This document shows positions 38,272 through 51,680 of a stretch of 64,000 nt of DNA, in pieces; the stretch's first letter is position 1; the number at the start of each line of letters is the position of its first letter. Below the pieces are notes generated by a model. The model saw nothing but the letters and a program-made list of their open reading frames with translations. It searched no databases and had not been told where the DNA came from. The stretch is from the NCBI RefSeq assembly GCF_036321535.1, contig NC_087437.1, forward strand, positions 87,298,001 through 87,362,000. Direction: 5' to 3'. The position numbers and the translations under genes are program-made. This DNA comes from Camelus dromedarius. Taxonomy: Eukaryota.

Positions 38272-39020
38272 TGTAGAAATCATAGGAGTGTCCGTCCCTC
38301 ATCTGATATGGCATAAGACTGACCTAGAAGGGTCCTTCTAGGTCAGTCTTAGGAGGTAACCATATTAATCAGAGGTAAGAGAGAATATCAGTCAGGATGG
38401 CCCGTGTGCATTATGGAGCAATAACTGGCTACCTGTGAAGTGCTTCCTGATCCATGGCATAGAACTAGTGAAGGGGATGGACAGACTTCCTTGGATTCCA
38501 GTGACAAAAGAGTATGCAGGATGCCTGCCACCAACCCTGACACACTCAGGTGCTTCAGAACAAAAGGGGGACCCCTGTGGAAGTCAGAACACAGATGAGC
38601 AAGAGCCATTGGCAGGGCAAGAGCTGAAGCACAGGTCTAGGCATGGCCCAGAGTCCCAGTGTCAGGGCTCTAGATAGCCTGGTGGTCTGAACTTGCTCTG
38701 TGTGCGATGTGAGTGAGTCACCCGAAATCAGAGTGCCAGCTCTATTTCAGCAGCCCAAATTGACATAATCCCATGGAGAGATACTGGGGACATGGAGTAA
38801 CCCCATAGGTACAAGTCCTGGAGCTCCTTGGGCACACATGAACCCATCACAGTGGTGGGAGGTTGAAGAGCATCATGAAGGGGAGAGACAGGGACTAAAG
38901 TCCATGTGGATCCCAGTGTGTGTGATTCTGCCAGCCCAGCTGATCCCAGGCACTGAAGGAGAGCATGGAAAGTTTTGAGAGAGGCACTCCAAAGCTCAGA
39001 GAGCCCCTTAAGTGAGGACC
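38272..39020. mobile_element. Possible ancient LTR (family not assigned)
   Basis: Abrupt GC-richer block beginning 'tgtagaaat' between L2 and MER5A; compositional evidence only. Confidence 0.3.
38314..38351. repeat. Perfect inverted repeat: 18-bp arms, 2-nt spacer
   Basis: taagactgacctagaagg-gt-ccttctaggtcagtctta. Confidence 0.97.
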
Positions 39021-39027
39021 TGGACTG

Positions 39028-39201
39028 GATCAAAGGGTGCTATTGATCTGAATCAGAATCTCCTTGGATATCTGTTAACTGTGCAGGTTTCCTGGTCCAC
39101 CCTAAGCATACTGAATCAGAACCTCTGTGGATAGATTTGAAAATCTACTTTTAACAAGCTTCCTGGTTATTCTTAGGGACACGAATGTTTGAGTCCCACT
39201 G
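39028..39201. mobile_element. MER5A-like hAT-Charlie MITE
   Basis: 'atcagaatctcc', 'tactgaatcagaacctctg', 'ttttaacaagcttcctggttattc' and 'gtttgagtcccactg'. Confidence 0.8.
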
Positions 39202-39329
39202 GTCTAATTTATAAGATATATAGATTATTATACAGTCTGGCTTATTAGTGTACATTCAGATTGATGCCCAGGCTCATTTAGCACTCAAAAATTTTGAATT
39301 TCCATGAGTAACCTATCACAGTAGATGGA

Positions 39330-39625
39330 ACCATATTCTCTTCCTCAAACATTCCATGTACTTTCATATACTCATGCATTTTTTCACTGTCTTCCCTTTG
39401 CATAAATCATTTATCCAGTTTTATATAGGTATTATATTCTAGTTCATGCTTGATGGCACATCATGAATAATGCCTGTTTATATTTGTGTGCATATCTTTT
39501 GTAAATTTTATTTATTTTTTATTACTATCTTTTTTTCAGATGTGAACTTTGAATTCAGGGAAGATCTGACTTTTATTTCAGTCATTTCCTCACATTACAG
39601 GTGCTCAGTTAATGGACAGTTCAAC
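39330..39625 (+). mobile_element. L2 3' fragment
   Basis: 'ttcctcaaacattccatg...tgtgaactttgaattcaggga...caggtgctcagttaatg'. Confidence 0.45.
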
Positions 39626-41019
39626 GCTAATTCAAGGCTTAGCTTTGTATTGTCCTTTTGGATCAAAAATCTTCCAAAAAGAGTTCAGGTCTACTTTAGC
39701 AGAGTCATTTTGCTTCTAAAACCAAGTCCCATTCCTAGAACAGAGCTTAGACAGGGGATCTGCAGCCTAACAATTAAAATTAACATAATGAGTCCGGTTT
39801 TAGAGTCAGAGCCTGTTGACATTGCAGAATGAGTTAGCTTAAGAAAAAAGCAGATCTAGATGTCCCATTAATGCTACCGAATAAACTGTGTTCCAAGAGT
39901 AGGGTTTGATCCAAAACAGGAGGAAGTGGCTAATGTATGGTTAATCCAAGTCTGGAGTGAAGAAATAGATGTCTTTTGGTTCTGAATGCATTTATCATAC
40001 CATATAAATAAAGAGCAAAGCGTGGAACTGACACGCTATAATTTCTATTCACACAACCTGAGTAAGAAAAGTCGGTTCACATGGAAGAGACTTGGAGCTA
40101 AACCACCAAACATCACTTAAAATATTGATCAGAGTTTTGTAACACACAAAAGGAAAACTAAGCTGTTTTGAGCATAATAATTGGTCATAGAAAATTATTT
40201 TAAAAATCCTAAAACCCTGGGGAATTTCAAATGTGATGAAAAGCTACACTAAAAGAACATGAAAAGTGGTCAGCATACACTTGAGGGGTAGTAAGAAAAC
40301 TAAGCCTGAATGAGATATGGAGTCTGCACATCATGTAGTTTGTACTCAGGCAAGATTGAGTCAAATGGGTGAGTAGTAATTGATGTGAGCTTTTGTGATT
40401 AAAATTTTATTTCTCAGTTGAAAAAAAAATCCCTTCAAGATTTTGTCAACTGTCTCCATTTATCAGAAGCAGATTTTGAAAGCTTTTCAAAAACAAAATT
40501 TCTTTTTCTTTGACCTGTGAAAGTTATTACAACTCTGGACAAATTCAAAAGTTAGATGGAAGAAATGGTTTTATTTTGTGCTAGTTTAATAAAAGCCTAG
40601 AAGGGCAATTCTGAATTAGATGCTCACATGTATTTTAGTGTTGAGTTTATTACCCTTTTCAGTAAAGAATTTCACCCATAGCTTCTGAAAATTGAGCAGC
40701 TGGTTTTGGTTGATTGATAGGTATTGTTTATGAAAACAACAAACTGCAGATGAGCTCACTTATTGCAGTTGGTTCTGTTTCATTCACTTATGCAAAGATT
40801 CCATCTGTAACTTTGTCAGTCACTGAAACTCTAACCCCCTACTTCAACTCTGGAGTATATTACACATTCCTGAGAGAACATCCTTTTACCTGACTCTTAC
40901 TTCTATTAAGTATATATTCACAGTGTCTTATAATTATGAAAGAAAAGCCTAAGTAGACAAGAAGGGCCCTGTTCTTTGAAATATTAACAACTGGCAGGAA
41001 TAGCCTCCTGCCATTTTAG

Positions 41020-41500
41020 TGCATTGTGTGATTCATCCATGTATTTAATAAATCATTGTGAGTCCCTGCTCTTCTCTCTGCACGAGACGCAGAGGGACAT
41101 AGAACATAGCTCCTACCTCAAGGGGCTACGCTTTGTCTCATTGAGAAATACCTAATGAAAGTAAACAGATTAGTATGTTTTAATTAAAAATATTTTCAAC
41201 TGAGAAGAAAAATAAAGGAAGCTGTGGGATTGATAAGTGACCAGTTAGAAGAGAAGTTTTGAAAAAGAACTTAATGAATATAAGTTAGTCAAGGAAGAGT
41301 TCACTAAGGAGATGACAGTTAAGGGGAGATTAATAAAGGGATGGAGTGATCCTGTCCTGACCTAAAGAAGGGACATTCTAGGCAGAAGGAGAAGCAAGGC
41401 CAATGGTCCAGGAGTGGAATGAAACAAAACTAGGTTTCTTGTTTGTTTGTTTTTAAGAATTTTAAGAGTGCTGATGTGTCTGAAATGGAATGAACATATG
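41020..41500 (-). mobile_element. L2 fragment
   Basis: 'ttcatccatgtatttaataaatcatt' and 'cattctaggcagaaggagaagcaaggccaatggtccaggag'. Confidence 0.6.
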
Positions 41501-44500
41501 GGCATAGAAGGAAAGTGACTTGTTATTTTCAACCAGTTAAGCAAGGGCTGAATTTGCAATATTTAGAACCCATCTAATGAACTGGCTCATTGTTGGAATT
41601 CTGAATAATCTTTTAAAAATAACTACAAATGATGTGTATTAGAAGTATTAACAGATAATATATGTGAATAGTATGTGAATGTATTATAGAAATGTTGGTG
41701 TTATTCATTGGTCATACAAATTCCCCTTATCTTTTACAACTAGTCTTTCAAAAATTTTTTTTACTATGGATGAAACATCTGATTTTATTGTATAATCTTG
41801 AGTTATATACAGAATCCCAATAATAAGTTAAATATAACTTCTGAGGCAACTTCAATGAAAAATCTGGGGAAAATTTCATGTTTATGTTAATGTTAATGAC
41901 ATTTGAAGTATAGAAAGAGGGAGCTCACATTTTTATACTAAAAGAAATTGTATAAACAGTATAACAATAACTCAAGCATATGTGAAAGTATAAACATAAA
42001 TATCAAAGTAACATTAATGTGAGAATCTATCACACTTGTAGAGCTTAATGACTAAAAGGAATGTTTGTTTTCCTTTAGTTTTTAAAAAAAAACCTTTTAA
42101 AAATTGTGGTAAAGTACTCATAAAATTTATCATTTTTAACCTACTTTAGAGTTTAGTGGTATTAAATATGTTTATATTGTTGTGCAACCATCACCATCAT
42201 CCATCTCCAGAACACTTGTCATCTTACAAAACTGAGCCTCTACATCATGAAACAGTAATTCTCCATTCCTTCAGCCCCTTGTCAACACCATTCTACTTTC
42301 TGTCCTTATGATTTTGACTATTCTAAGTACTTCATATGAGTGGAGTCATATAGTATCTATCTCTTTGTGATGGGGTTATTTCACTTAGAATAATTTTTTC
42401 AAGGTTCATCCATGTTGTAGGACATGTTAGAATTTCCTTCCTTTTTTAAGGTTGAATGATATCTCATTGTATGTACATATCACATTTTGCTTATCTATTC
42501 ATCTGTCAGTGTGCACTTGGATTGTTTCCACATTTTAGCTATTGTGAGTAATGCTGCCATGAACATGGGTATACAAATGTTGCTTCAAAACTCCACTTTA
42601 AATTCTTTCGGCTGCATACCCCAGAAATGGAATTGATGAATCATATGGTAATTTATTTTTTTTTAATTTTTTTGAGGAACCACTATACTGTTTTCCATAG
42701 CAGTTGCACCATTTTATATTCCCACCAACAGTACACAAGGGTTCCAGTTTTCCATATCCTCACCATACTTGTTACATTCTCTTTAAGAGTAAGCATCCTA
42801 ACAAGTGTGAGGTAGTAACTCATTGTGCTTCTGATTTGCATTTCCCTAGTGATTAGTGATATTGAGCAATTTTCCATATGCTTACTGGCCACTTGTGTAT
42901 TTTCTTTGGAGAAATATCTGTTCAGGCTCTTGGCCTGTTTTTGAATTGGGTTGTTTTGTTTTTTTGTTGTTGAGTTTTAAGAATTATCTATATAATTTAG
43001 ATATTAATTCCTTAGCAGATATATGATTTGTAAATATTTTCTCCCATTCTGTGGGTTACCGTTTTACTCTATTGACAGTATATTTTGATGCCCACAGTTT
43101 TTTCATTGTTCAGGAAATCCATTTTGCCTAGTTTTTCTTGTGTTGCATATGCCTTCAGTGTCATAGCCAAGAAATTATTACCAAATTTAATGTCATGAAG
43201 GTTTTAGCCTATGTTTTAAGAATTTTATAGTTTTAGGTCTTACAGGTAAGTCTTTGATGTATTTCAAGTCAATAATTGTATGTAGTGTTAAGTAAAGGCC
43301 CAATCTCATTCTTTTGTATATGGATACCCAGTTTCCCTAGTACCACTATCCTTTTCTCATTAGTCTTGTCCCCCTTGTCATAATTATTTGAACCTATATG
43401 TGAGGGCTTATTTCCTAGTTTGTTGAATATTTTACATGAAAGTGTTTTGAATTTTGTAAAATACTTTTTCCACATCAATTGTGATGACCATTTGTTTTTT
43501 TCCTCTTTATTCTGTTAATATGGTACATTACATTGATTGATTTTTGTATGTTGAACCATCCTTGCATTCCAGGAATAAATATCACATGGATGAGGTATAT
43601 AATCCTTTTCACATGCTGCTGAATTCTGTTTGCTAATATTTTGTTGAGCATTTTTGCATCAGCATTAGTAAGGGTTATTGGTCTGTAGTTTTCTTTTAGT
43701 ATCTTTGCCTGACTTTTGTATCAGAGTAATACAGGCCTCACAGAATGAATAAAGATGCATTCTGTCTCTTCAGTGTTTTTCAGAAGTTTGAGAAGAATTG
43801 GTGTTAGTTCTTCTTTAAATGATTGGTAGAATTATCCAGTAATCCATCAGGTCCAGGGCTCTATTCTTGGTTGGGATATTGTTAATTGCCAATTCAGTTT
43901 TTGACTTATAGATCTATTCAGATTTTCATTTCTTCATGATTTAGTCTTGGCAAGTGCTTTGTATCTAGGCACTTTTTCCATTTCCTCTAAGTTATCCATT
44001 TTGTTGGTGTACAATTGTTCATACTGCTCTCTTTATTTCTGTAGAAATGGTAATAATGTTCCCACTTTTATTTTTTTTTAAATTTTTCTGATTTGAGTCT
44101 TCTATCTTTTTTCTTAATCTAGCCAAAGATGTATCATTTTTTTGATATTTTTAAGAACTAACTTTTGGCTTTATTGATTTTCTGTATTGTTTATATTCCT
44201 TATTTTATTCATCTTTTATCTAATTTTTATTACTTTCTTCCTTCTGCCATTATTTTCTTCCTTCTGGGTTTAATTTTTTTTCTTTTCTAGTTTACTAAGT
44301 TTAAAGATACGTTGTTGATGTGAGATCTTCCTTCCTTTTTTAATGTAAGCAGTATAGCTATAAATTTTCCCCTAACACTGTTTCATTGTACTCCATGAGA
44401 GTTAGTATATTAGTATGTTATGTTTCTGTTTTTATTTCCTTGTAATTTCTTCTTTGATCCATGGATTCATTGAGAGTGTTTTGTTTAATTTCTAAAAATT

Positions 44501-44757
44501 TCTGAATTTTCCAGCTTTTCTTCTGATACTGATTCCTAACTCCATTATACTGTGGTGGGAAAAGATGCTTTTTATGATACTCATCTTTTCAGATCTATTG
44601 AGACTTAATTTGTGGCCCTATGTATGATTTGTTCTGGAGATTTTTTCATGTTCACTTGACAAGACTGTATATTTTGTTGTTGAATAGAGTGTTCTGTGTA
44701 TGTCTGTTAGAACTAGTTGGTTTATTGTGCTGTTCAAGTTCTCTATTTCCTTATCTT

Positions 44758-46688
44758 ATTTACTTACTTTATTTATTTATGTTTTTTATATAAACATTTT
44801 TTATTGAGTTATAGTCATTTTACAATGTTGTGTCAAATTCCAGTGTAGAGCACAATTTTTCAGTTATACATGAACATACATACATTCATTGTCACATTCT
44901 GTTTCGCAGAGAGCCACCACAAGATCCTGTATATATTTCCCTGTGCTACACAGTACAATTTTGTTTATCTATTCTACATTTTGAAATCCTAGCCAGCTTC
45001 CTAACCCCCTGGCAACCACAAGTTTGTATTCTATGTCTATGGGTCTGTTTCTGTTTTGTTTTTTTGTTTTTGTTTTTGATTTTTTTAGATTCCACATATG
45101 AGTGATCTCATATGGTATTTTTCTTTCTCTTCCTGTCTTACTTCACTTAGAATGACATTCTCCAGTAACATCCATGTTGCTGCAAATGGCGTTATGTTGT
45201 CGGTTTTTATGGCTGAATACTATTCTGTTGTATAAATATACCACATCTTCTTTATCTAGTCATCTGTTGATGGACATTTAAGCTGTTTCCATGTCTTGGC
45301 TATTGTAAATAGTGCTGCTATGAACATTGGGGTGCAAGTGTCATTTTGAAGTAGGGTTCCTTCTGGATATATGCCCAGGAGTGGGATTCCTGGGTCATAT
45401 GGTAAGTCTATTCCTAGTCTTTGGAGGAATCTCCATACTGTTTTCCACAGTGGCTGCACCAAACTGCATTCCCACCAGCAGTGTAGGAGGGTTCCCTTTT
45501 CTCCACAGCCTCTCCAGCATTTGTCATTTGTGGACTTTTGAATGATGGCCATTCTGACTGGTGTGAGGTGATACCTCATTTAGTTTTGATTTGCATTTCT
45601 CTGATAATTAGTGATATTGAGCATTTTTTCATGGGCCTATTGATCATTTGTATGTCATCCTTGGAGAATTGCTTGTTTAGGTCTTCTGCCCATTTTTGGA
45701 TTGGGTTGTTTATTTTTTTCTTGTTGAATCATATGAGCTGCTTATATATTCTGGAGATCAAGCCTTTGTCGGTTTCATTTGCAAAAATTTTTTCCCATTC
45801 CGTAGGTTGTCTTTTTGTTTTAATTATGGTTTCCTTTGCTGTGCAGAAGCTTGTAAGTTTCATTAGGTCCTATTTGTTTATTCTTGCTTTTATTTCTTCT
45901 AGGAGAAAATTTTTGAGATGTATGTCAGATAATGTTTTGCCTATATTTTCTTCTAGGAGGTTTATTGTATCTTGTCTTATGTTTAAGTCTTTGATCCATC
46001 TTGAGTTGATTTTTGTGTATGGTGTAAGGGAGTGTTCTAGCTTCATTGTTTTACATGCTGCTGTCCAGTTTTCCCAACACGATTTGCTGAAGAGACTGTC
46101 TTTATTCCAATGTATATTCTTGCCTCCTTTGTCAAAGATTAGTTGACGAAAAGTTTGTGGGTTCATGTCTGGGCCCTCTATTCTGTTCCATTGGTCTATA
46201 TGTCTGTTTTTGTACCAATAGCCATGCTGTCTTGATGACTGTAGCTGTATAGTATTGCCTGAAGTCTGGGAGAGTTATTCCTCCAGCCTCTTTCTTTCTC
46301 TTCAGTAATGCTTTGGCAATTCTAGGTCTTTTGTGGTTTCATATAAATTTTATTATGATTTGTCCTAGTTCTGTGAAATATGTCCTGGGTAATTGGATAG
46401 GGATTGCATTAAATCTGTAGATTGCCTTGGGCAGTATGACCACTTTAACAATATTGATCTTCCAATCCAGGAGCATGGAATATCTTTCCATTTTTTAAAG
46501 TCTTCTTTAATTTCCTTCATCAATGGTTTATAGTTTTCCATGTATGTCTTTTACTTCCTTGGTTAGATTTACTCCTAGGTATTTTATTATTTTGGGTGCT
46601 ATTTTAAAGGGGATTGTTTCTTTACTTTCTTTTTCTTTGATTCATCATTAGTGAAAAGAAATGCAACTGATTTTTGAACATTAATCTT
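44758..46688 (-). mobile_element. Young 5'-truncated camelid-type L1
   Basis: Perfect 16-bp TSD tctatttccttatctt (44742-44757 and 46689-46704); T-rich tail; well-preserved ORF2p. Confidence 0.95.
45256..46166 (-). pseudogene. L1 ORF2p C-terminal remnant
   Basis: [12 protein letters not shown]...[10 protein letters not shown] and [15 protein letters not shown]...[13 protein letters not shown]...CPSTDD; interrupted by TAG at two usual Trp positions. Confidence 0.93.
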
Positions 46689-49600
46689 TCTATTTCCTTA
46701 TCTTTTACATGGTTGTTCTACCCACTATTGGGAGTGCGGTACTGAAATCTCCAGATATTAACCATAGAACATTCTATTTTTTCAGTTCTGTCAATGTTGC
46801 TTTATATTGTGATGGTCTGCTATTAATTGTGTAAATGTTGATAACAGTTATATTTAACCTTTTATTAATGTATAATGTCTTTCTTTGTCTTTTGTTAACT
46901 CTTGATTTAAATTTCATTTTTGTCTGATATCAATATTGCCACCTCTGCTCTCTGGTGATTGCTATTTGTGTGAAATATCTATTTTACTTCCTTTCACTCT
47001 CAATCTGTGTGTATCTTTGGATCTAAAGTAAGTCTCATATAAACAATAGATAGTTGAATCATTTTTTAATACATTCTGCCAATTTCTGTCTTTTGACTGA
47101 AGAGTTTAATATATTTACATTTAAAGTAATTATTGATAAGGAGGAATTTCTGTCATTTTGCTATATGTTTACATATGCTATATTTTTGCACTGGAATTTT
47201 TTTGTTTCTCATTTTCTACATTACTGCCTTTTTATGTTTGGATAATATTTTATAATGAAGTGCTTTAAATTTTTTATTTCCCTTTTTTATTTTATAGCTA
47301 TTATCTTTGTGGTTATGATGGAGATTACATTTAACACCCTAAACTTATAACACTCTAATATAAATTTATACCATCTTAACTTTGACTATATACAAAAACT
47401 CTGCATTTGTCTGTCTCTGCCCCCATCTCTTTCAGTTGATGTCATAAAATTATACCTTTATGTGTTGTGCGTCTAAAAACATAGCTAATAATTTTTTAAT
47501 AATTAGTCTCTTAAATTATATAGGAAACAAAATGTGGAATTATGAACCAAAGTTACAAAAATACTTTTATAATTGACCATATATTTACCTTTTCTTTGCT
47601 CTTTATTTCCTTACATGGCTTTGAGTTACTATCTGGTGTCCTTCTATTTCACTTGCAAAGCTACTTTTAGCATTTCTGGTGGTAATAAACTCCATCAGCC
47701 TTTGTTTATCTGAGAGTGTTTCAATTTCTTCCTCACATTTGAAGAACAGTTTTGCTAGGTATAAGATTTTTGGTTGATAGTTTCTTCTTTTAGCCCTATG
47801 AATATCAGCCAGTTGCCTTCTAGCTTCTAAAGTTTCTGATAATAAATCTGAATGATCATTTCATCGCAGATCTCTTGTATGTGATGAATCACTTCTCTCT
47901 TGCTGCTGTCAAGATTCTCTATCTTTGATTTCTACAGTTTGATTATAATATGTCCTGGTGTGAGTCTCTTGATTTTCTCCTACTTGGAGTTTCCTGTGCT
48001 TCTTGTGTATTTATATTCATATATTTTATCAAATTTGGGGATTTTTCTGTCATTATTTTTTCATGTTTTATCTCTGTACCTTTCTTTTTTCTCTTTCTGA
48101 GACTCCCATAGTGTGTCCCACAGGTCCCTGAAGCTCTCTTTAACTTTTTAAAATATTTTTCTGTTTGTTACTCAGACTCAGTATTAAATTGTACTATCTT
48201 CAAGGTTGCATATTCTTTCTTTTGCCTGTTCAAATGTTCCTCCGAATCACTCTGGTAAATTTTTCACTTCACTTATTGTAATTTTTAGCTCCTGAAATTT
48301 TTGGTTTCATTTCATTGTTCCTGTATCTTTATTGATATTCTGTACATAATTTTCTTGTTTTTTTTCCCATGCCTTTCTTTAATTCTTTGATTATCTTCAA
48401 AGTCTTTGTCTAGTATATCTGCCATCAGGTCTTTCTAAAGGACAGTTTCTGTTGATTTTTTTTTTCCTTTGAGTACTTAAGTAGGCCATACTCCCCTACT
48501 TCTTTGTATGACTTGTGATTTTTTTATGTAAAACCAGATACTTAAATCTAATAATGTGGTAACTCTGGAAATTATATTTTCCCATGATCCAAAGTTTGCT
48601 GTTTTTTGTTTATATGTTTTGTTTTGTTTATTGCTGTAACCTGTCTCTGTGCTGAGGATCAGCTTGAGGTGTAAATTTAAGGTTTTCTTAGGTTCCTTCT
48701 GAGCCTATGGCTTTCTCTGAGCATGTGTGGTGGCTTTTTAATTTCTCCCCTATACGAAATTGCTTTTTAATGTCCTGGTGTATAATGCCAGGATCTCAAA
48801 AAAGGAAATAAAAACAAGAAGTGGGGTGTTAGGCACTGTTTCTTTAAGTCCCCTAGAAGTCACTTCAGGTTGAGAGGAGGGGCTTGTAACAATGAGAGGA
48901 GGTGCAACTGCAGTGGCTGCCTGACTCTGTCTGCATCTCTGTGATCAGAAGCAGCAAACAGCAGTCAGAACACAGGTTCCTGATATTTGAAGGACAAGGT
49001 CCTTATTGTCCATCTTTACTCCTGCAAGCTGCATGTAAGTCATTGGGAAAATGTGCACAGGGCCAGGGGTGTGGACCGGGTAGCCACTAGCAAACTAAGA
49101 GCTGAAATTGACCAGAATTAACACAATTTAACATATAAGCCCTCCCTGAAATTTGCAAGCCTTTTACAGACTCTAAAGTTCCAAATTAGTTATATCAGAC
49201 AGATTAATCCTGTGTAATTACTGTCTGGGTGGAAAGACTAATTCCTGGTACTTCTTACTCTGCCATCTTAGAATTCCATTCCTCTGGTACTTATAACTTA
49301 AGTTTGGATTTAGTTGCCTGACCCCTTAAAACCTGTGAAGATGATTTTATAAGAAGGCTGTGTCCCTCTTTTCATTTTCTGAAATCAAACAGATAATTAA
49401 GCAACAGAAAACATCTTCAATTGTTATGTCCCACTTAGGAGGAAGTGACAAATTGCAAGACCCTTTTTAGTCTATAGACCATGCAGTTTGGATTCAGTTT
49501 GAGCCCCCCAAGATGCTCAGTACATATTTGCTTCCTTTGGAAATTGTGTTGAGGGGAAAAAAAACCCCAAAAAAACAAGAGAAGTACAATCCAGTGCTTC

Positions 49601-51469
49601 GTTCTAGCTTCTATTATGATTTAATAAATGAAAAGTGAAAAATGACTCTGAAAAATATGTAGTGCATTTCAATGGAATGCCCCGAGGATCAAAATTTAAG
49701 AGAGCAGTTTTGCATTTTTCTGAATATAAATATTTAAAAATTTTGAGTTAAAAGGCAAAATACAGTTGGCTTCACACATTCTTCAAAATTACTGTAACAT
49801 ATTTTTAAGAACTTCCTTGTAAAGATGTGATACAGGTTTATCCTTCTCCTGTCTGGTGTTAATCTCCTTGAAGTCTTTGCTTAAGTCATTGCTGTTACTG
49901 AATCATCCATCTCATTCTAAAAAGCTTCCTATTCAGTTTTGTTTCAATGGATAAACTCCTGAATGTAGAAATCTTAAGTTTTGAAAAATTTTAAAGTTTA
50001 GTGTGTAATGCCAACCTCCCAATATAGCTACTTACCATGAATCAACAGTGATGACAAATCACTTTTATTGAGTTTATCTGGGAATCAGCTGCTTTAACAT
50101 AAACCATATAATCTCTTCTGAAATATTTTATAGACTGTGTCCACATACTGAAGGCATATAGAAATTTGGGGCAATTATCTTCACGAATTTCGTTTAAAAT
50201 TTCTGTTGCTTGAATCATGATGGTTAACTGAGCCAAAATGTACTTTAGATTTCACTTATTCTAGGGAAAGAGTAAGTGAGTAAGCCTTTATTGACTAGAC
50301 TTTTGGAAAATAGTTTTGCTGTAGCCCGTAGAAGAAAATAGAAATTTGAAAGAAAGGAAGCTCACATCGTACTTTGCTTTCAAGCAAAACAACTTAGATA
50401 AAACCAACATGTTTGGCAAGTCCTACATCTTAACCCTTCTACATTCTCAGTATATAGTAATGCTAATGATAACGTCACTGAGTGTTACAAGGTTTTGTTA
50501 ACAAATTTGCATTGGTATTTTTGTTTAGTAAGGCAGGAAATTTCCCCAAAGTTGTTTGGAATATACATCTATCAAGAATCAAAGAAGAAAAAGAGAGTGA
50601 GAGTTCCTTAATATTTTTAATAAATAAAAATTTTCCAGGTATGTTTGTAAAAGTGTCATTTTATACCAGATAAAAAAATACCTCATACCTATTTTTGAAA
50701 AATTGAGCTTTGCTGATGCTACTACAGGAATTCAAGGCTTGGATGAAGATTATTTGGAAAGCGCTATGATCTCAATATCTGAAAAGGCAGAAAGTATGAA
50801 ATAAGAAGATGTGGCTGTTGGAGATGTGTAAAGCAGTGGAGGTTCACAGAAAGGCAAGAAAAAACAATGAAGTCCAGTAGAGAAAATGGGGAAGAAATGA
50901 GGGTAGCAAATAACAATAAGTAAGACAGTGCAAATAAGGATGCATAAAAAGAAGTTCCAAAGATTCTAAGTGTTATCCATCATGTAAAGCAGCCAATTTA
51001 GAGGAGTCACCTGCAGCTTTAACCCAGGAGTTGTGTTTGGAGCCCTGCCAAGGAAAATAGCTAAGAAAGATTGCCAAAAGCTGTGGGTGGGGCTGGAGCA
51101 GGACAGAGCTGTAAAGTTGGCTTATGTGAAATCAGAATTCAAAGCTCTAATGAAAGTAAATTCATATATTAGTGTTTCTGAAAAGTTTGTATTCCAAGAT
51201 TCTTTATAATTTAGATAATTGCTTCATGCCAAATGAATGGTTGCCTGGCTGTGTAATATTCTTTGGGGAATTATTTTGGGGAAATAGTTGGGGAGGAGGA
51301 GTACAGGGAAGATGAAGAACTGGCTCTAGTTCTGATTGCTGCCCAGGTCAGGAGGCTAGGTATAATTGGGTTACAAGTAACAATAAAAAAAGAGCATTTC
51401 TTTAGCTGATCACAACCAATAAATTGTAGAATGCAAACAACAGCCAGATTATTTTCTTCTTTCTTTCAT

Positions 51470-51680
51470 ATTTATTTATTTACTTACTTATTTCATAAAT
51501 ACTTATTAAGTATTCGCTATTTTGTTCCCTGATGTTTTGAGCATGCAATTTGAAAGAAGGAGAGTGACAAAATGAATACAAAAATACATTAGTTTTTAAT
51601 TGTGGTAAGTTGGGTAAGAAGGGGGTGGGAATAATAGGAAGAACCTATTTTAGTAAGGCTGGTCATGAGGACAACATGCT
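51470..51680 (-). mobile_element. L2 3' fragment
   Basis: 'tttatttatttacttacttatttcataaatacttattaagtattcgctat' resembles an antisense L2 tail. Confidence 0.4.

Larger units (their letters stand above)
42095..49285 (-). mobile_element. Near-full-length old L1 (L1MB2/3-like), internally deleted and interrupted by a young L1
   Basis: L1MB-type 3'UTR at 42100-42500; ORF2p peptide GTLVYCWWEYKMVQLLWKTV (42683-42892); ORF1 and 5'UTR-like sequence ending at 'ctctgccatcttag' (~49270). Confidence 0.9.

Noticed and set aside
45256..45872. Two Trp-to-TAG stops in the young L1 as APOBEC3 hypermutation
   Set aside because: Most other Trp codons are intact, and two events cannot be separated from ordinary mutation without a consensus alignment.
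45538..46146. Longest ORF (202 aa, hydrophobic) as a membrane protein
   Set aside because: It is the antisense reading of A-rich L1 ORF2, which routinely gives F/L/I-rich open frames.
50709..50804. Protein-like frame FADATTGIQGLDEDYLESAMISISEKAESMK
   Set aside because: No convincing splice sites and no recognised homology.
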